Assembly: GCA_963803435.1 (NCBI GenBank)
Contig: CAWDML010000003.1
Coordinates: forward strand, 704,001 to 768,000
DNA length: 64,000 nt
Reading direction: 5' to 3'
Source: an uncultured delta proteobacterium
GTDB taxonomy: Bacteria; Myxococcota; Kuafuiibacteriia; Kuafuiibacteriales; Kuafuiibacteriaceae
Position numbers and translations under genes: made by a program. The notes beneath the pieces are model-generated. The model saw only the letters and a program-made list of their open reading frames with translations. It had not been told where the DNA came from and ran no database searches. Positions 42,990 through 54,397 of the stretch are shown here, piece by piece; the first letter of the stretch is position 1, and every line of letters begins with the position of its first letter.

Positions 42990-44360
42990 TCAGTGGGGCT
43001 CGATCGCCGGTGGGATGTTCTGGTTGACGCAGAAGAAGTTGGTCGGGTCGTACTTCCGCTTGATGGCGGCGAGCCGCTCGTAGTTCGGACCATAGGTCGC
43101 GCGGATCCGATCCACCCCTTCGTCCTCCATCATGAAGTTCACGTAGCCGCCACTCGCCGAATACGGGTGTACGGCGTTCCAGTAGTCGATGGTCCAGCGT
43201 TTGAGATCGGCGGCCCGCGCCGGGTCGTGATCCACACCGACGATCACCTGCGACCAGTGCGCGTCGCGGTGCGCGAACGCCGTGGCGTCCTGCGGGATCC
43301 GGTGCACGGCGCCGTCGACGGGATAGAGGTGCGTCGTCGACTGCGGGGACGGAGAGGCGCGGGACCACCGGAGGTGGGCGTCGATCGCCTCATCGGGGAG
43401 CTCCCGGACGAAGTCGCCGCGCCAGTACCACTGGTCGCCCGGGGGATAGAGGCCGTCGAACATGGACTGGAGCGTCGGATAGGGCATCGGGCCCAGGTGG
43501 GTGAGCTCCGGCCTCCCCGCCCGCAGGGCCGCCTTCATTGCGTCGGGGGCCTCGTCCAGAGCCCCCGTGTAGCACCACACGATGCCGCCCATCTTCTGCC
43601 GCTGCAGGGCCTCTGGGAAGGGCGGCGCGGCCGGGACCGTCATCAGCGCGAAGAAGCCGTAGACGTCCTCGGGGGCCGAGGGAAGGTAGCTCCGATACCA
43701 CTGCATCACCTCGCGGCAGCGATCGAACGGATAGAGCGTGACCCCGGCATAGACGGTGTGCACCGGGTGCATGCGGAACTCGAACGAGGTGACGACCCCG
43801 AAATTTCCGCCGCCGCCGCGCAGCGCGAAGAAGAGGTCCTCGTTCTCGCGCGGGCTCGCCTTCACGAAGCTGCCGTCGGCGAGGACCACGTCTGCGGAGA
43901 GCAGGTTGTCGATGGTGAGGCCGTAGCGTCGGGTCAGGTAGCCGTGGCCGCCGCCGAGGGTCAGGCCGCCCACGCCGGTGGTCGAGATGATCCCGGAGGG
44001 CGTGGCGAACCCGAAGGCGTGGGTCGCGTGGTCCACATCGCCCCAGGTGCACCCGGTCTCCACCATCGCGGTCTGCGTCTCCGGGTCGACGCGGATCCCG
44101 CGCATGCCGGACAGATCGATCACCAGTCCGTCGTCGCAGACGCCCAGGCCCGCACCGTTGTGCCCGCCGCTCCGCACCGCAGTCTTCAGCTGGTTCCTCC
44201 GGCCGTAGGCGACGGCCTCGAGGACGTCGGCGACGTCCCGGCACCGAAGGATGGCGCTCGGGTGCTTGTCGATCATTGCGTTGTAGACCTTGCGGGTGCG
44301 CTCGTAGGCCTCGCTCGACCAATCGAGGAACTCTCCTCTCAGATGTAGGTTCGGGTCCAT
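42990..44360 (-). CDS. FAD-binding oxidoreductase (VAO/BBE family)
   Basis: RSGGHN, GLTLGGG, ALRGGGGNFGVVT, YVNF, KRKYDPTNFF. Confidence 0.92.
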   Translation of the reverse strand: MDPNLHLRGEFLDWSSEAYERTRKVYNAMIDKHPSAILRCRDVADVLEAVAYGRRNQLKTAVRSGGHNGAGLGVCDDGLVIDLSGMRGIRVDPETQTAMVETGCTWGDVDHATHAFGFATPSGIISTTGVGGLTLGGGHGYLTRRYGLTIDNLLSADVVLADGSFVKASPRENEDLFFALRGGGGNFGVVTSFEFRMHPVHTVYAGVTLYPFDRCREVMQWYRSYLPSAPEDVYGFFALMTVPAAPPFPEALQRQKMGGIVWCYTGALDEAPDAMKAALRAGRPELTHLGPMPYPTLQSMFDGLYPPGDQWYWRGDFVRELPDEAIDAHLRWSRASPSPQSTTHLYPVDGAVHRIPQDATAFAHRDAHWSQVIVGVDHDPARAADLKRWTIDYWNAVHPYSASGGYVNFMMEDEGVDRIRATYGPNYERLAAIKRKYDPTNFFCVNQNIPPAIEPH

Positions 44361-44403
44361 GAGCGGAAGCTGGTTGCATACCGCGTTCCGGCCCGCAGAG
44401 GCG

Positions 44404-45743
<1,340 letters not shown>

Positions 45744-45747
<4 letters not shown>

Positions 45748-47039
45748 TCCGGAACCCCCTTCGGGAGCCGCAGCACGGCCCGGCAGCCGCCCTCTGGACC
45801 GTTCTGGATCACCAGGCTTCCGCCGTGCTGCTCGGCGATCGTGCGGGCGACCTGGAGGCCGATGCCGCTCCCGCCGGGCTTCGTGGTGGCGCCGCTGCCG
45901 TTGGCGAGTCGCTCCTGGATGGCGCCGTCGATCCCGGGTCCCGAGTCGGCGACCCCGAGCTCGATCGCGTCGTCGTCGGCGGCCGCCACCCATTCGATCC
46001 GGCCGCCGTCGGGGGTGGCGTCGATCGCGTTCTGGAGCAGGTTGATCAGCGCCTGCTGTAGCTTGCGGCGGTCGCCCGAGACGGCGCCGGGATCGCGCGG
46101 CGGCATGACCACGGCGATCCGACGGCCCTCGGTGAGCCCGTCGTGCAGCAGCGTCAGCTCGCGCATCATCTCGAGGACGCCGAGAGTCTCCAGGGTCAGG
46201 TCGCCCAGCGGGCGCGAGAAGTTGAGGAACTCGTCGAGGGTGTCGCGCATCCGAGCGACCTCGCGCTCGAGGACCTCGAGCCGCTGGGCGCTGTTCTTGT
46301 CGCCGCGCTTGAGGAGCTGCACCAGGCCCTGCACCGAGGAGAGTGGATTCTTCAGCTCGTGGGCGATCGCGGAGGAGAGATGCATCAGCTCGCGGTTCCG
46401 GTCGGCCAGCGTCGCGAGTGCGCTGGCGCGGGCGCCGATCGCGGTGTCGAGCATCCGGTTGACGATGTTGTGGATCATGGCGCCGGCGCGGAACATGGCG
46501 ATGATGACGATGTTGAACACCACCACCGTCGCGATGACGTAGAGCTTTCGATTGACGTGTCCTGGGCCCAGGTCGAGGAGATCGGGGACGGTCTTCGGGA
46601 TCAGGCCGGCGAACCCGAGCAACGCCACGCTCCAGATCAGGAGCGAGATGTAGACGATCAAGAGTATGGCGGGGCGCGACAGGCCGAGCCCGATCCCCGA
46701 GCCGATCGCGACCAGGAAGTAGACGAACAGGAGCGGGCTCTCGGCGCCTCCGGTCAGACAGATCACGAGCGTCTGGATCGAGACGATGATCGCCAGGTCG
46801 TACGGGACGCTCTCGGGGCGATAGTGCCCGATCCGGCGGTAGTCGAAGTAGGCCACCGCGCTCAGCGGGATGATGAGGACCGAGAGCAGCGCCATGCGGG
46901 ACGAGAAGCCCTCGACGGCGATCAGCCCCAGGAGGAGCAGGCAGACGGCGAAGACGACGAAGACGCGGATCTGCGTCAGCCTGCCCACGATCAGGGTGAG
47001 CTCCCGCGTGCGGATCGCGTCGCGGTCGAGTGCGGTCAT
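45744..47039 (-). CDS. Membrane sensor histidine kinase
   Basis: Multiple TMs, AHELKNPL, NLLQNAIDA, DSGPG, GSGIGL. Confidence 0.92.
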
Positions 47040-47099
47040 CGCGGGGGTGCCTTCCAAGTTCTGTTCCTCTCCAGCGGTCACGGCCTCGACGCGGCTCCT

Positions 47100-47146
47100 G
47101 TCGGAATCTCTACACCGTTTTCCCCCGACGTGTCGGAGGTCCGACC
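47100..47146. promoter_or_regulatory. Candidate tandem enhancer (EBP-binding) sites
   Basis: TGTCGGAATCTCTACA and TGTCGGAGGTCCGAC imperfect palindromes upstream of a -24/-12 promoter. Confidence 0.45.
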
Positions 47147-47177
47147 CGCCGGCCACCGCGTCGTTCGGCGTGGCGGC

Positions 47178-47193
47178 TGGCCCCATGTTTGCT
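47178..47193 (+). promoter_or_regulatory. Sigma54 (-24/-12) promoter of the efflux operon
   Basis: TGGCCCCATGTTTGCT has exact GG-N10-GC spacing; divergent from an NtrC-type two-component pair. Confidence 0.65.
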
Positions 47194-47208
47194 CGAGGTG
47201 GGCCCGAG

Positions 47209-48474
47209 ATGAGCGCGATCGTGACCATGCTCCTGCTGACGGCGGCGCCGATGACCATGGACGCGGCCGTGGAGCGGGCGTTGAAAGTTGCGCCGGAGCT
47301 CTCGGCCCAGAGGCAGGCCGAGGAGGCGGCGTCCCGGCGGGTGGGAGAGGCGTTCTCGACCTACTGGCCGCGGCTCTCGGCCGAGGCGAGCTACCTGTTC
47401 AAGACACCGAAGAACGAGCTCCCCATCCAGCTCCCGCCCGAGCTGGGTCTCCCCGAGGTCGGCGACATCGACGATGTCCACCACTTCGCGGGCGGGCTCC
47501 ACATGGGTGTCCGCCTCTTCGATCTGTCCCGGGGTGCGCTGGTGGACGCCGCGGAGGCGAACGAGGAGGCGGAGAAGCACGGCACCGACGACGTCGCTGC
47601 GAAGCTCGCATATCGGGTGCGTGCCACCTACCTGGCGGCGCTGCTCGCCCGCGACCTGGAACGGATCGCGTCGGAGTCGTTGAAGGTGGCGCGCGAGGAG
47701 CAGGACAAGGCGGCGCTGGCCGCGGAGGTCGGCACCGGGACGCAGCTCGCGCTGGCGCAGGCGCGCGTGCACGTGTCCTCGCTGGCGGCGCAGGAGAAAC
47801 GGGCCAGCAACGAGCTCGAGCGCTACAGCGCGATCTTGAAGAGCTTGCTCGCGCTGGAGTCGTCCCCGGCGCTCGAGGGTGAGCTGGAGAAGCTCGCGGG
47901 ACCGGTCGCAGGGATCGAGCTGTCGGCCCAGCCGGAGCTCCTGAAGCTGAAGGCCTCGCAGGTCGCCGCCGAGAACGCGGCCACGGCGCGGGCGCGCTCG
48001 CTGGTGCCGACGCTGTCGGCGCAGGCGTCGGTGGAGCTCCAGTACCCCCGGGCGCTCAAGCTCGAGTGGGGACCGGTCTACCAGGTCGGGGTGATGCTCT
48101 CGTGGCCGTTCTTCGACGGGCTGGCCCGCGAGAACGCGGTGGCGGCACAGGAAGCGACGGCGGCCCAGCTAGGCAAGCTGTCGGAGGCGAAACAACAGGA
48201 CAACGAGCGACGCTTGATCGAGCTCGAGGCGCGCGCGCGGACCGCCGAGGCGGACATCGCCAGCGCGAAGCAGACGCTCACCGAGACCGAGATCTATCTG
48301 CGGGTTGCGCGGGCGGCGCTGGAGGCGGGTACCGGAACGGAGCTCGACGTCCACAATGCGGAGCTCGGGATCGATCAGGCGAGGACGGCGGTGCAGCGGG
48401 CGCTGTTCGATTCAGCGATGGTTCGGGCCGAGGCCCTGATGGTCTACGGCGTGGCTGAGGAGAAGAAGGGATGA
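47209..48474 (+). CDS. TolC-family outer membrane efflux protein
   Basis: Signal peptide, YWPRLS, WPFFDG, GTGTELDVHNA. Confidence 0.88.
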   Translation: MSAIVTMLLLTAAPMTMDAAVERALKVAPELSAQRQAEEAASRRVGEAFSTYWPRLSAEASYLFKTPKNELPIQLPPELGLPEVGDIDDVHHFAGGLHMGVRLFDLSRGALVDAAEANEEAEKHGTDDVAAKLAYRVRATYLAALLARDLERIASESLKVAREEQDKAALAAEVGTGTQLALAQARVHVSSLAAQEKRASNELERYSAILKSLLALESSPALEGELEKLAGPVAGIELSAQPELLKLKASQVAAENAATARARSLVPTLSAQASVELQYPRALKLEWGPVYQVGVMLSWPFFDGLARENAVAAQEATAAQLGKLSEAKQQDNERRLIELEARARTAEADIASAKQTLTETEIYLRVARAALEAGTGTELDVHNAELGIDQARTAVQRALFDSAMVRAEALMVYGVAEEKKG

Positions 48475-49514
48475 AGCGGATCATCATCGTCTTCGCGGGC
48501 TTGATCGTGGCCCTCTCGATCCTTCTCGGGATCAAGGTGCACGAGATGAACGCGGAGCAGGACAAACCGGCGGGCGGCAGCGCGGTGATCGAGGGTGTCG
48601 AGGCCGACGTGACCTCCCGGCTGGCCGCGCGCATCGAGCGCATCGAAGTGAAGGAGGGCGTGGTGGTGAAGGAGGGCGACGTCATGGTGGTCCTCGAGTG
48701 CGCCGAGCAGGAGGCGCTGCTCGAGGGGGCCCGGGCTCGGCTGGCGGCGGCCCAGCACCAGGCGGAGGCAGCGCGCGCGCAGGTGGAGGCGTCCCTCGGC
48801 TCGGCGAACGCGGCAGCGGCGGGCGTAGGGGCGGCAGGCGCTCAGCGGCAGGCGCTCAAGAGCAATCAGGCGGTGACCGAGCGGCAGGTGAAGCGGATCG
48901 ATCGCCTGGCGGGCGAGGGCGGTGCCACCGCCAGCGATCTGGATCGCGCCGCCGCGCAGGCGGACCAGCTCGGCAAGCAGCTCGAAGCCCTCGACGAGCA
49001 GATCAACGCCGCGCGCGGACAGGCCAGGGCAGCCCGGGCGCAGGCGGAGGCGGCCAAGGCGCAGGCGGAGGCGGCGGTCGATGCGATCAGCGTGGCCCAG
49101 GCCGAGGTTCGCCGGGCGCAGGCGCTGGTCGACGAGTGCACCATCGAGGCGCCGATCAGCGGCTACGTGGAGACGCGCGCGTTCGAGCCGAACGAGGTGG
49201 TGCTTCCCGGAACCAAGATCCTCACGCTGGTGCGGATCGATCGTGTGGAGGCGACGTTCTATCTCCCCAACCGCGAGCTGGCGGCGGCCAAGCCCGGTCT
49301 GCCGGTCACGGCGGTGGCCGACGCGTATCCCGGGCGCACCTTCAACGGAACCGTCGAGCGCGTGTCGGCGGAGGCTGAGTTCACGCCGCGCAACGTCCAA
49401 ACGCGACAGGATCGGGATCGCCTGGTCTACGCGGTGACCGTCGCGTTCGACAACCCGGGCGAGGAGCTCCGTCCGGGGATGCCGATCGAGGTGACGGTGG
49501 GAGGTCGGCCGTGA
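48471..49514 (+). CDS. HlyD-family membrane fusion protein (YbhG-like)
   Basis: N-terminal TM, lipoyl halves, AEFTPRNVQT, LRPGMP. Confidence 0.92.
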   Translation: MKRIIIVFAGLIVALSILLGIKVHEMNAEQDKPAGGSAVIEGVEADVTSRLAARIERIEVKEGVVVKEGDVMVVLECAEQEALLEGARARLAAAQHQAEAARAQVEASLGSANAAAAGVGAAGAQRQALKSNQAVTERQVKRIDRLAGEGGATASDLDRAAAQADQLGKQLEALDEQINAARGQARAARAQAEAAKAQAEAAVDAISVAQAEVRRAQALVDECTIEAPISGYVETRAFEPNEVVLPGTKILTLVRIDRVEATFYLPNRELAAAKPGLPVTAVADAYPGRTFNGTVERVSAEAEFTPRNVQTRQDRDRLVYAVTVAFDNPGEELRPGMPIEVTVGGRP

Positions 49515-50419
49515 GCGAGCCGGTCCTCGAGGCCCTCGATCTGGTGCGCAGCTTCGGCAAGGTGCGCGCGCTCGACGGGCTCACGCTCCGCGTGCACCCC
49601 GGCGAGATGTACGGGCTGATCGGTCCAGACGGCGCCGGCAAGACCACCGCGCTGCGCATCCTCGCCGGCGTGATGGGTGCCGACACCGGCCGCGCCCGGA
49701 TCCGCGGCATCGATCCGTTGACCGGGGGCGCCGAGGTGAGGACCTCGCTCGGCTACATGCCGCAGCAGTACAGCCTCTACGGCGATCTCTCGGTGGACGA
49801 GAACCTCTCGTTCTTCGCCCACATGTTCTGTCTGTCGCGGGCCGAGCTCGCAGAGCGGCGCGCGCGCCTGCTCTCGATCACCCGGCTCGAGCGATTCACC
49901 GACCGCCGCGCCGACGCGCTCTCGGGCGGGATGTACAAGAAGCTGGCGCTCGCCTGCGCGCTGCTCCCGCGGCCGAGCGTGCTGATCCTCGACGAGCCTA
50001 CCAACGGCGTCGATCCGGTGAGCCGCCGCGAGCTGTGGGCGCTCCTGTACGAGCTGGCCGGCGAGGGGATCGGGATCCTGATCTCGACCGCGTACATGGA
50101 CGAGGCGGCGCGCTGCCACCGGGTCGGCCTGATCCACGGCGGCCGACTGCTCCTCGAGGGCAAGCCGGGCGATCTGATCGAGCGCTTTCCGCACCCGACG
50201 TTCTCGGTGGTCGGCGGCGATCCGACGCGGCTCGAGCATCTCCTCGCCGAGCGCCCCGAGGTGTTGGCGCAGACGATCTATCATGCGCGCTTCCGGATCG
50301 TGGTCCGCCGCGGCGAGGAGCAGGCGGTGCAGGCGCTGGTGGCGCGCGAGGGTGCGAAGCTGGTCCCGGCCCGGCCCGACTTCGAGGACCTGTTCCTCGC
50401 CAGCCAGGAGGCGGCATGA
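49511..50419 (+). CDS. ABC transporter ATP-binding protein
   Basis: GPDGAGKTT, LSGGM, LDEPT. Confidence 0.93.
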   Translation: MSEPVLEALDLVRSFGKVRALDGLTLRVHPGEMYGLIGPDGAGKTTALRILAGVMGADTGRARIRGIDPLTGGAEVRTSLGYMPQQYSLYGDLSVDENLSFFAHMFCLSRAELAERRARLLSITRLERFTDRRADALSGGMYKKLALACALLPRPSVLILDEPTNGVDPVSRRELWALLYELAGEGIGILISTAYMDEAARCHRVGLIHGGRLLLEGKPGDLIERFPHPTFSVVGGDPTRLEHLLAERPEVLAQTIYHARFRIVVRRGEEQAVQALVAREGAKLVPARPDFEDLFLASQEAA

Positions 50420-51344
50420 ACGTCATCGAGGTCCGCGACCTGTCGAGGCGGTTCGGCGAGTTCGTCGCTGTCGACGCGTGAGCTTCGAGGTGGAGCGCGG
50501 CGAGGTCTTCGGCTACCTGGGCGCCAACGGCGCCGGCAAGAGCACGACGATCCGCATGCTCTGCGGGCTCCTCGCGCCCAGCTCGGGCGCGGCCTTCGTG
50601 GCCGGCGTCGACGTGGCCCATTCGCCCGAGAACGTGAAGCGATCGATCGGCTACATGTCGCAGAAGTTCTCGCTCTACCTGGACCTCCCGGTGGTCTACA
50701 ACCTCGAGTTCTTCGGCGGCGCCTACGGCCTCACGGGCGTCCGGCTGGAGCGGCGCATCGACGACGTGCTGGCGCGCGTCGGCCTCGAGGCCCAGCGCGA
50801 GGTCCGCACCGGCGATCTGCCCGGCGGGATCCGGCAGCGGCTCGCGCTCGCCTCGGCGCTGCTGCACGAGCCGAGCATCGTGTTCCTCGACGAGCCGACC
50901 GCCGGCGTCGATCCGGGGGCGCGCCGGAACTTCTGGCGCCTGATCCGTGAGCTGTCCGCGGCCGGAACCACGATCTTCGTGACCACCCACTACATGGACG
51001 AGGCCGAGTACTGCCATCGCATCGGGCTGATGGTCGACGGCCGGCTGGTGGCGCTCGACACGCCCGCGGGCCTCAAGAAGGCGCACGTCCCCGGCAAGGT
51101 GCTCGCGCTCGAGGGAGACGACGTGGAGAAGGGCCGCCAGACGGCGAGCCAGGTCGAGGGCGTGTTCGACGCGCAGCCGTTCGGATCCGCGCTCCACGTC
51201 CGCATCGATCCCGAGCGCCTGACCGCCGAGACGCTGGCGCGGGCGTTGTCCGAGAAGGGGCTCTCCTTCCGGAGCGAGGAGATCGAGCCGACGCTGGAGG
51301 ACGTGTTCCTCGCGGTGGTGGAGACGGGCGGGGTGCAGAGATGA
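50416..51344 (+). CDS. ABC transporter ATP-binding protein, frameshift near 50476
   Basis: MNVIEVRDLSRRFGEFVAVD, then VSFEV...GANGAGKST, LDEPT, THYMDEAE in another frame. Confidence 0.88.
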
Positions 51345-52462
51345 GAGCCTTCCTCACGCACGTGGGGGCGCTGGCCCACAAGGAGGCGCTCCACATGCTC
51401 CGCGACCGGCAGGTCATCTACATGGCGCTCGGCATGCCGCTCGTGCTGGTCCTGCTGTTCGGGTACGCCGTCAGCTTCGACGTCGGTGAGGTGCCGATCG
51501 CGGTGGTCGATCAGGACGGGAGCGCACAGTCGCGCGCGTTTCTGGTCGGGCTCGAGGCCGGCGACGCCTTCCACGTGGTGGAGCAGCTCGACGATCCAAC
51601 CGCGATCGAGCCGCTCTTCGTCCGAGGCCAGGTGAAGGCCGGCGTCATCGTTCCAGCGGGCTTCGCCCGCCACCTGGCCCGCGCCGAGAACGCGCCCGTC
51701 CAGGTGGTGATCGACGGTGCCGACGGCACGAGCGCCCGGATCGTCAACGCGTACGCCACCGCGATCGGCCAGGCCAAGACGCTATCGCTGGTCTCCGCCG
51801 GCGCAGAGGTGAGCCTCCCGCTCGAGGCCCGGATCCGCACCTGGTTCAACCCGACCATGAAGTCGGCGTTGTTCGTGGTGCCCGGGCTGGTCGGTGTTGT
51901 CCTGGCGATCCTCGCCGTGCTCCTGTCGGCGCTGACCGTCGCGCGCGAGTGGGAGCGCGGATCGATGGAGCAGCTCTTCGCCACACCGGTCGACCGCCTG
52001 AGCGTGGTGCTCGGCAAGGTGGCGCCCTACGTGGCGATGGGAATGCTCCAGTTCCTCCTGGTGCTGGTCGCCGGCGCCTGGCTATTCGACGTTCCGGTGC
52101 ACGGCAGCTTCCCGCTGTTGCTCGTCGCCGTGGCGCTGTTCCTGATCTGTGTGCTCGGTCAGGGGCTCCTGATCAGCATGGTGACGAAGAGCCAGCAGGT
52201 GGCGGTGCAGGTCGGCGCCATCAGCGCGATCCTGCCCTCGCTCCTCCTGTCCGGGTTCCTCTTCCCGATCTCGAACATGCCGCTTCCGCTCCGGGTGGTC
52301 GCCCGCATCGTGCCGGCGCGGTACCTGATCGTGTGCCTCCGGGGTGCGCTCCTCCAGGGGCGCGGCTTCGCCGAGCTGTGGCCGCAGCTGGTGGGGCTAG
52401 CGGTGCTCGGCCTGGCCATCATCACCGGAACGACCCAGAAGTTCCGCCGGAGGCTCGACTGA
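51341..52462 (+). CDS. ABC-2 permease (YbhS-like)
   Basis: REWERGSMEQL, LLSGFLFP. Confidence 0.92.
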   Translation: MRAFLTHVGALAHKEALHMLRDRQVIYMALGMPLVLVLLFGYAVSFDVGEVPIAVVDQDGSAQSRAFLVGLEAGDAFHVVEQLDDPTAIEPLFVRGQVKAGVIVPAGFARHLARAENAPVQVVIDGADGTSARIVNAYATAIGQAKTLSLVSAGAEVSLPLEARIRTWFNPTMKSALFVVPGLVGVVLAILAVLLSALTVAREWERGSMEQLFATPVDRLSVVLGKVAPYVAMGMLQFLLVLVAGAWLFDVPVHGSFPLLLVAVALFLICVLGQGLLISMVTKSQQVAVQVGAISAILPSLLLSGFLFPISNMPLPLRVVARIVPARYLIVCLRGALLQGRGFAELWPQLVGLAVLGLAIITGTTQKFRRRLD

Positions 52463-53592
52463 TGCGCACTCAGCTCATGGCCGTGGTCAAGAAGGAGCTC
52501 AGGCAGACGGTGCGGGACAAGCGCATGCTGTCGATGCTCCTGATCGCGCCGGTCCTCCAGCTCACGCTGCTCGGCTTCGCGGTCGATCTCGACGTCGACC
52601 ACATCCAGACGGCGATCGTGGATCAGGATCGGACCCGGACGAGCCGCCAGCTGATCGAGGGGATGGTCGCGGATCCCACGCTCGACGTGGTCATGACGAC
52701 AGAGGATCCCGATCTCCCGCTCACCACCGGCGATGCGATCGTGGTGCTGGTGCTGCCGCCGGGGTTCACGCGGGATCTGGAGCACGGCCGCCCCGCACAG
52801 ATGCAGGTGCTGGTCGACGGCACCAACCCGATCGAGGCGCAGGCCGCGGTCGACGCGACCCGGCGCTATCTCCAGCAGGCGGCCCTCGAACGCACCGAGC
52901 AGCGGCTCTCGACGCAGGGCGCGCTGCTGGGGAGGGCGCCGCGGTTCGCCTCGGTCGAGGTCCAGCCGCGCATCCTCTACAACCCGTCGATGAAGAGCCC
53001 CATTTACATGGTGCCGGGCGTGGCCGCGGTGGTGCTGTTGATCGTCACGACGATCGTGACGGCGATGGGCATCGCCCGGGAGCGCGAGCTCGGCACCATC
53101 GAGCAGCTCCTGGTCACGCCCATGCCGCCGAGCGTGCTGCTCATCGGAAAGGTGCTCCCCTTCGCTGGCATCGGGCTCATCACCGCCGGGATGGTGATCG
53201 GCGTGGGCACCAACGTGTTCTCGGTCCCGGTCCGCGGATCGCTGGCGGTCCTCCTGGTGGGGACGCTGCTCTACCTGATGAGCACGCTCGGCACCGGCGT
53301 CTTCATCAGCACGATGGCGCGCACGCAGCAGCAGGCGATCCTGGGCGGTTTCTTCTTCCTGATGCCCGCGATCCTGCTGTCGGGGTTCATGAGCCCGATC
53401 GACAACATGCCGGAGTGGATCAAGCCGCTCACCTGGCTCGATCCGGTGCGGTACTTCGTCGAGATCCTACGGGCGGTGTTGCTCAAGGGGGCCGGCTTCA
53501 GGGACGTCGCGCTCCAGCTGACGGCGCTCCTGGTCTTCGGCGTCGTGATCCTGACCGCCGGATCGCTACGGTTCCGAAAACGGTTGGCCTGA
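52462..53592 (+). CDS. ABC-2 permease (YbhR-like)
   Basis: RERELGTIEQL, LLSGFMSPIDNMP. Confidence 0.92.
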   Translation: MRTQLMAVVKKELRQTVRDKRMLSMLLIAPVLQLTLLGFAVDLDVDHIQTAIVDQDRTRTSRQLIEGMVADPTLDVVMTTEDPDLPLTTGDAIVVLVLPPGFTRDLEHGRPAQMQVLVDGTNPIEAQAAVDATRRYLQQAALERTEQRLSTQGALLGRAPRFASVEVQPRILYNPSMKSPIYMVPGVAAVVLLIVTTIVTAMGIARERELGTIEQLLVTPMPPSVLLIGKVLPFAGIGLITAGMVIGVGTNVFSVPVRGSLAVLLVGTLLYLMSTLGTGVFISTMARTQQQAILGGFFFLMPAILLSGFMSPIDNMPEWIKPLTWLDPVRYFVEILRAVLLKGAGFRDVALQLTALLVFGVVILTAGSLRFRKRLA

Positions 53593-54330
53593 GGTTCCCG
53601 CCGGCACCCGGCGACCGCCGGTCGCCTCGTTGAGCCGCTGCATCCAGAGCGCGTGCATGTCGGGGGTCACCGTGTGGGCGACGCCCTGGAACGTCTGAAG
53701 AGTGGCATCGAAGCCGACGGCCACCAGGTGCGCGCATCCCTGGCGGTCGAGCCCGACGGGGACGATCGGATCGGCGGTGCCGTGGAGCGCCCGGATGAGG
53801 GGCGGCCGCGCCGGTCTTTCCTCGGGCCACAAGGGCGGTGGCAGCCAGCCGCTGATCGGGACGGCGGCGAGCACGTGCTCGGGATGGATCGCAGCGACGG
53901 CGTAGCTCAGCATGCCGCCCTGCGAGAAGCCGGTGATCACGGGGCGCACGCCGTGTTGCTCGAACAGCTCCACCAGCAGCCGATCGACGGGCTCGGAGGC
54001 GCGGGCGATCTGGCGCGAGATGACGTCGACGTTGCCCTCGCGGGTGCGGGCGCTGAACCAGCGGAATCCGCCGAGGCCGTCGGGGGCCGGCGCTCGCGGG
54101 ATGATCACGCGGGCGGGCACGGACCATCCCTCGAAGACGTGGACGAACGACGCGGGCCGGTCGCCCAGGCCGTGGAGCGCGACGATGATGGGGAGGCGGT
54201 CCTCGGTTTGGGCTCCGCCGGTGAGGATCTCGAACCGCTCGAGTGTGACGGGTTGGGACGGATCGGCGATCCGCTGGGTTGTGCAGGCGAGGGGAGCCAT
54301 GAGCGCGAACGCGCACCACGGGAAACGCAC
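53566..54330 (-). CDS. Phospholipase/carboxylesterase (alpha/beta hydrolase) lipoprotein
   Basis: LHGLGD, GFSQGG, HGTADPIVP, lipobox PLAC. Confidence 0.88.
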   Translation of the reverse strand: MRFPWCAFALMAPLACTTQRIADPSQPVTLERFEILTGGAQTEDRLPIIVALHGLGDRPASFVHVFEGWSVPARVIIPRAPAPDGLGGFRWFSARTREGNVDVISRQIARASEPVDRLLVELFEQHGVRPVITGFSQGGMLSYAVAAIHPEHVLAAVPISGWLPPPLWPEERPARPPLIRALHGTADPIVPVGLDRQGCAHLVAVGFDATLQTFQGVAHTVTPDMHALWMQRLNEATGGRRVPAGTSGQPFSEP

Positions 54331-54397
54331 GCGCGCAGGCTCGCCGCGGGCGTCTTTATTTGCAAGCCGCCCGCGCCCAGGGGAAGAATTCGAGTCG

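Noticed and set aside
44375-44390. Sigma54-like motif (CGGAACGCGGTATGCA, minus strand) before the FAD oxidoreductase
   Set aside because: Spacing is correct but the consensus match is weak and it lies very close to the start codon
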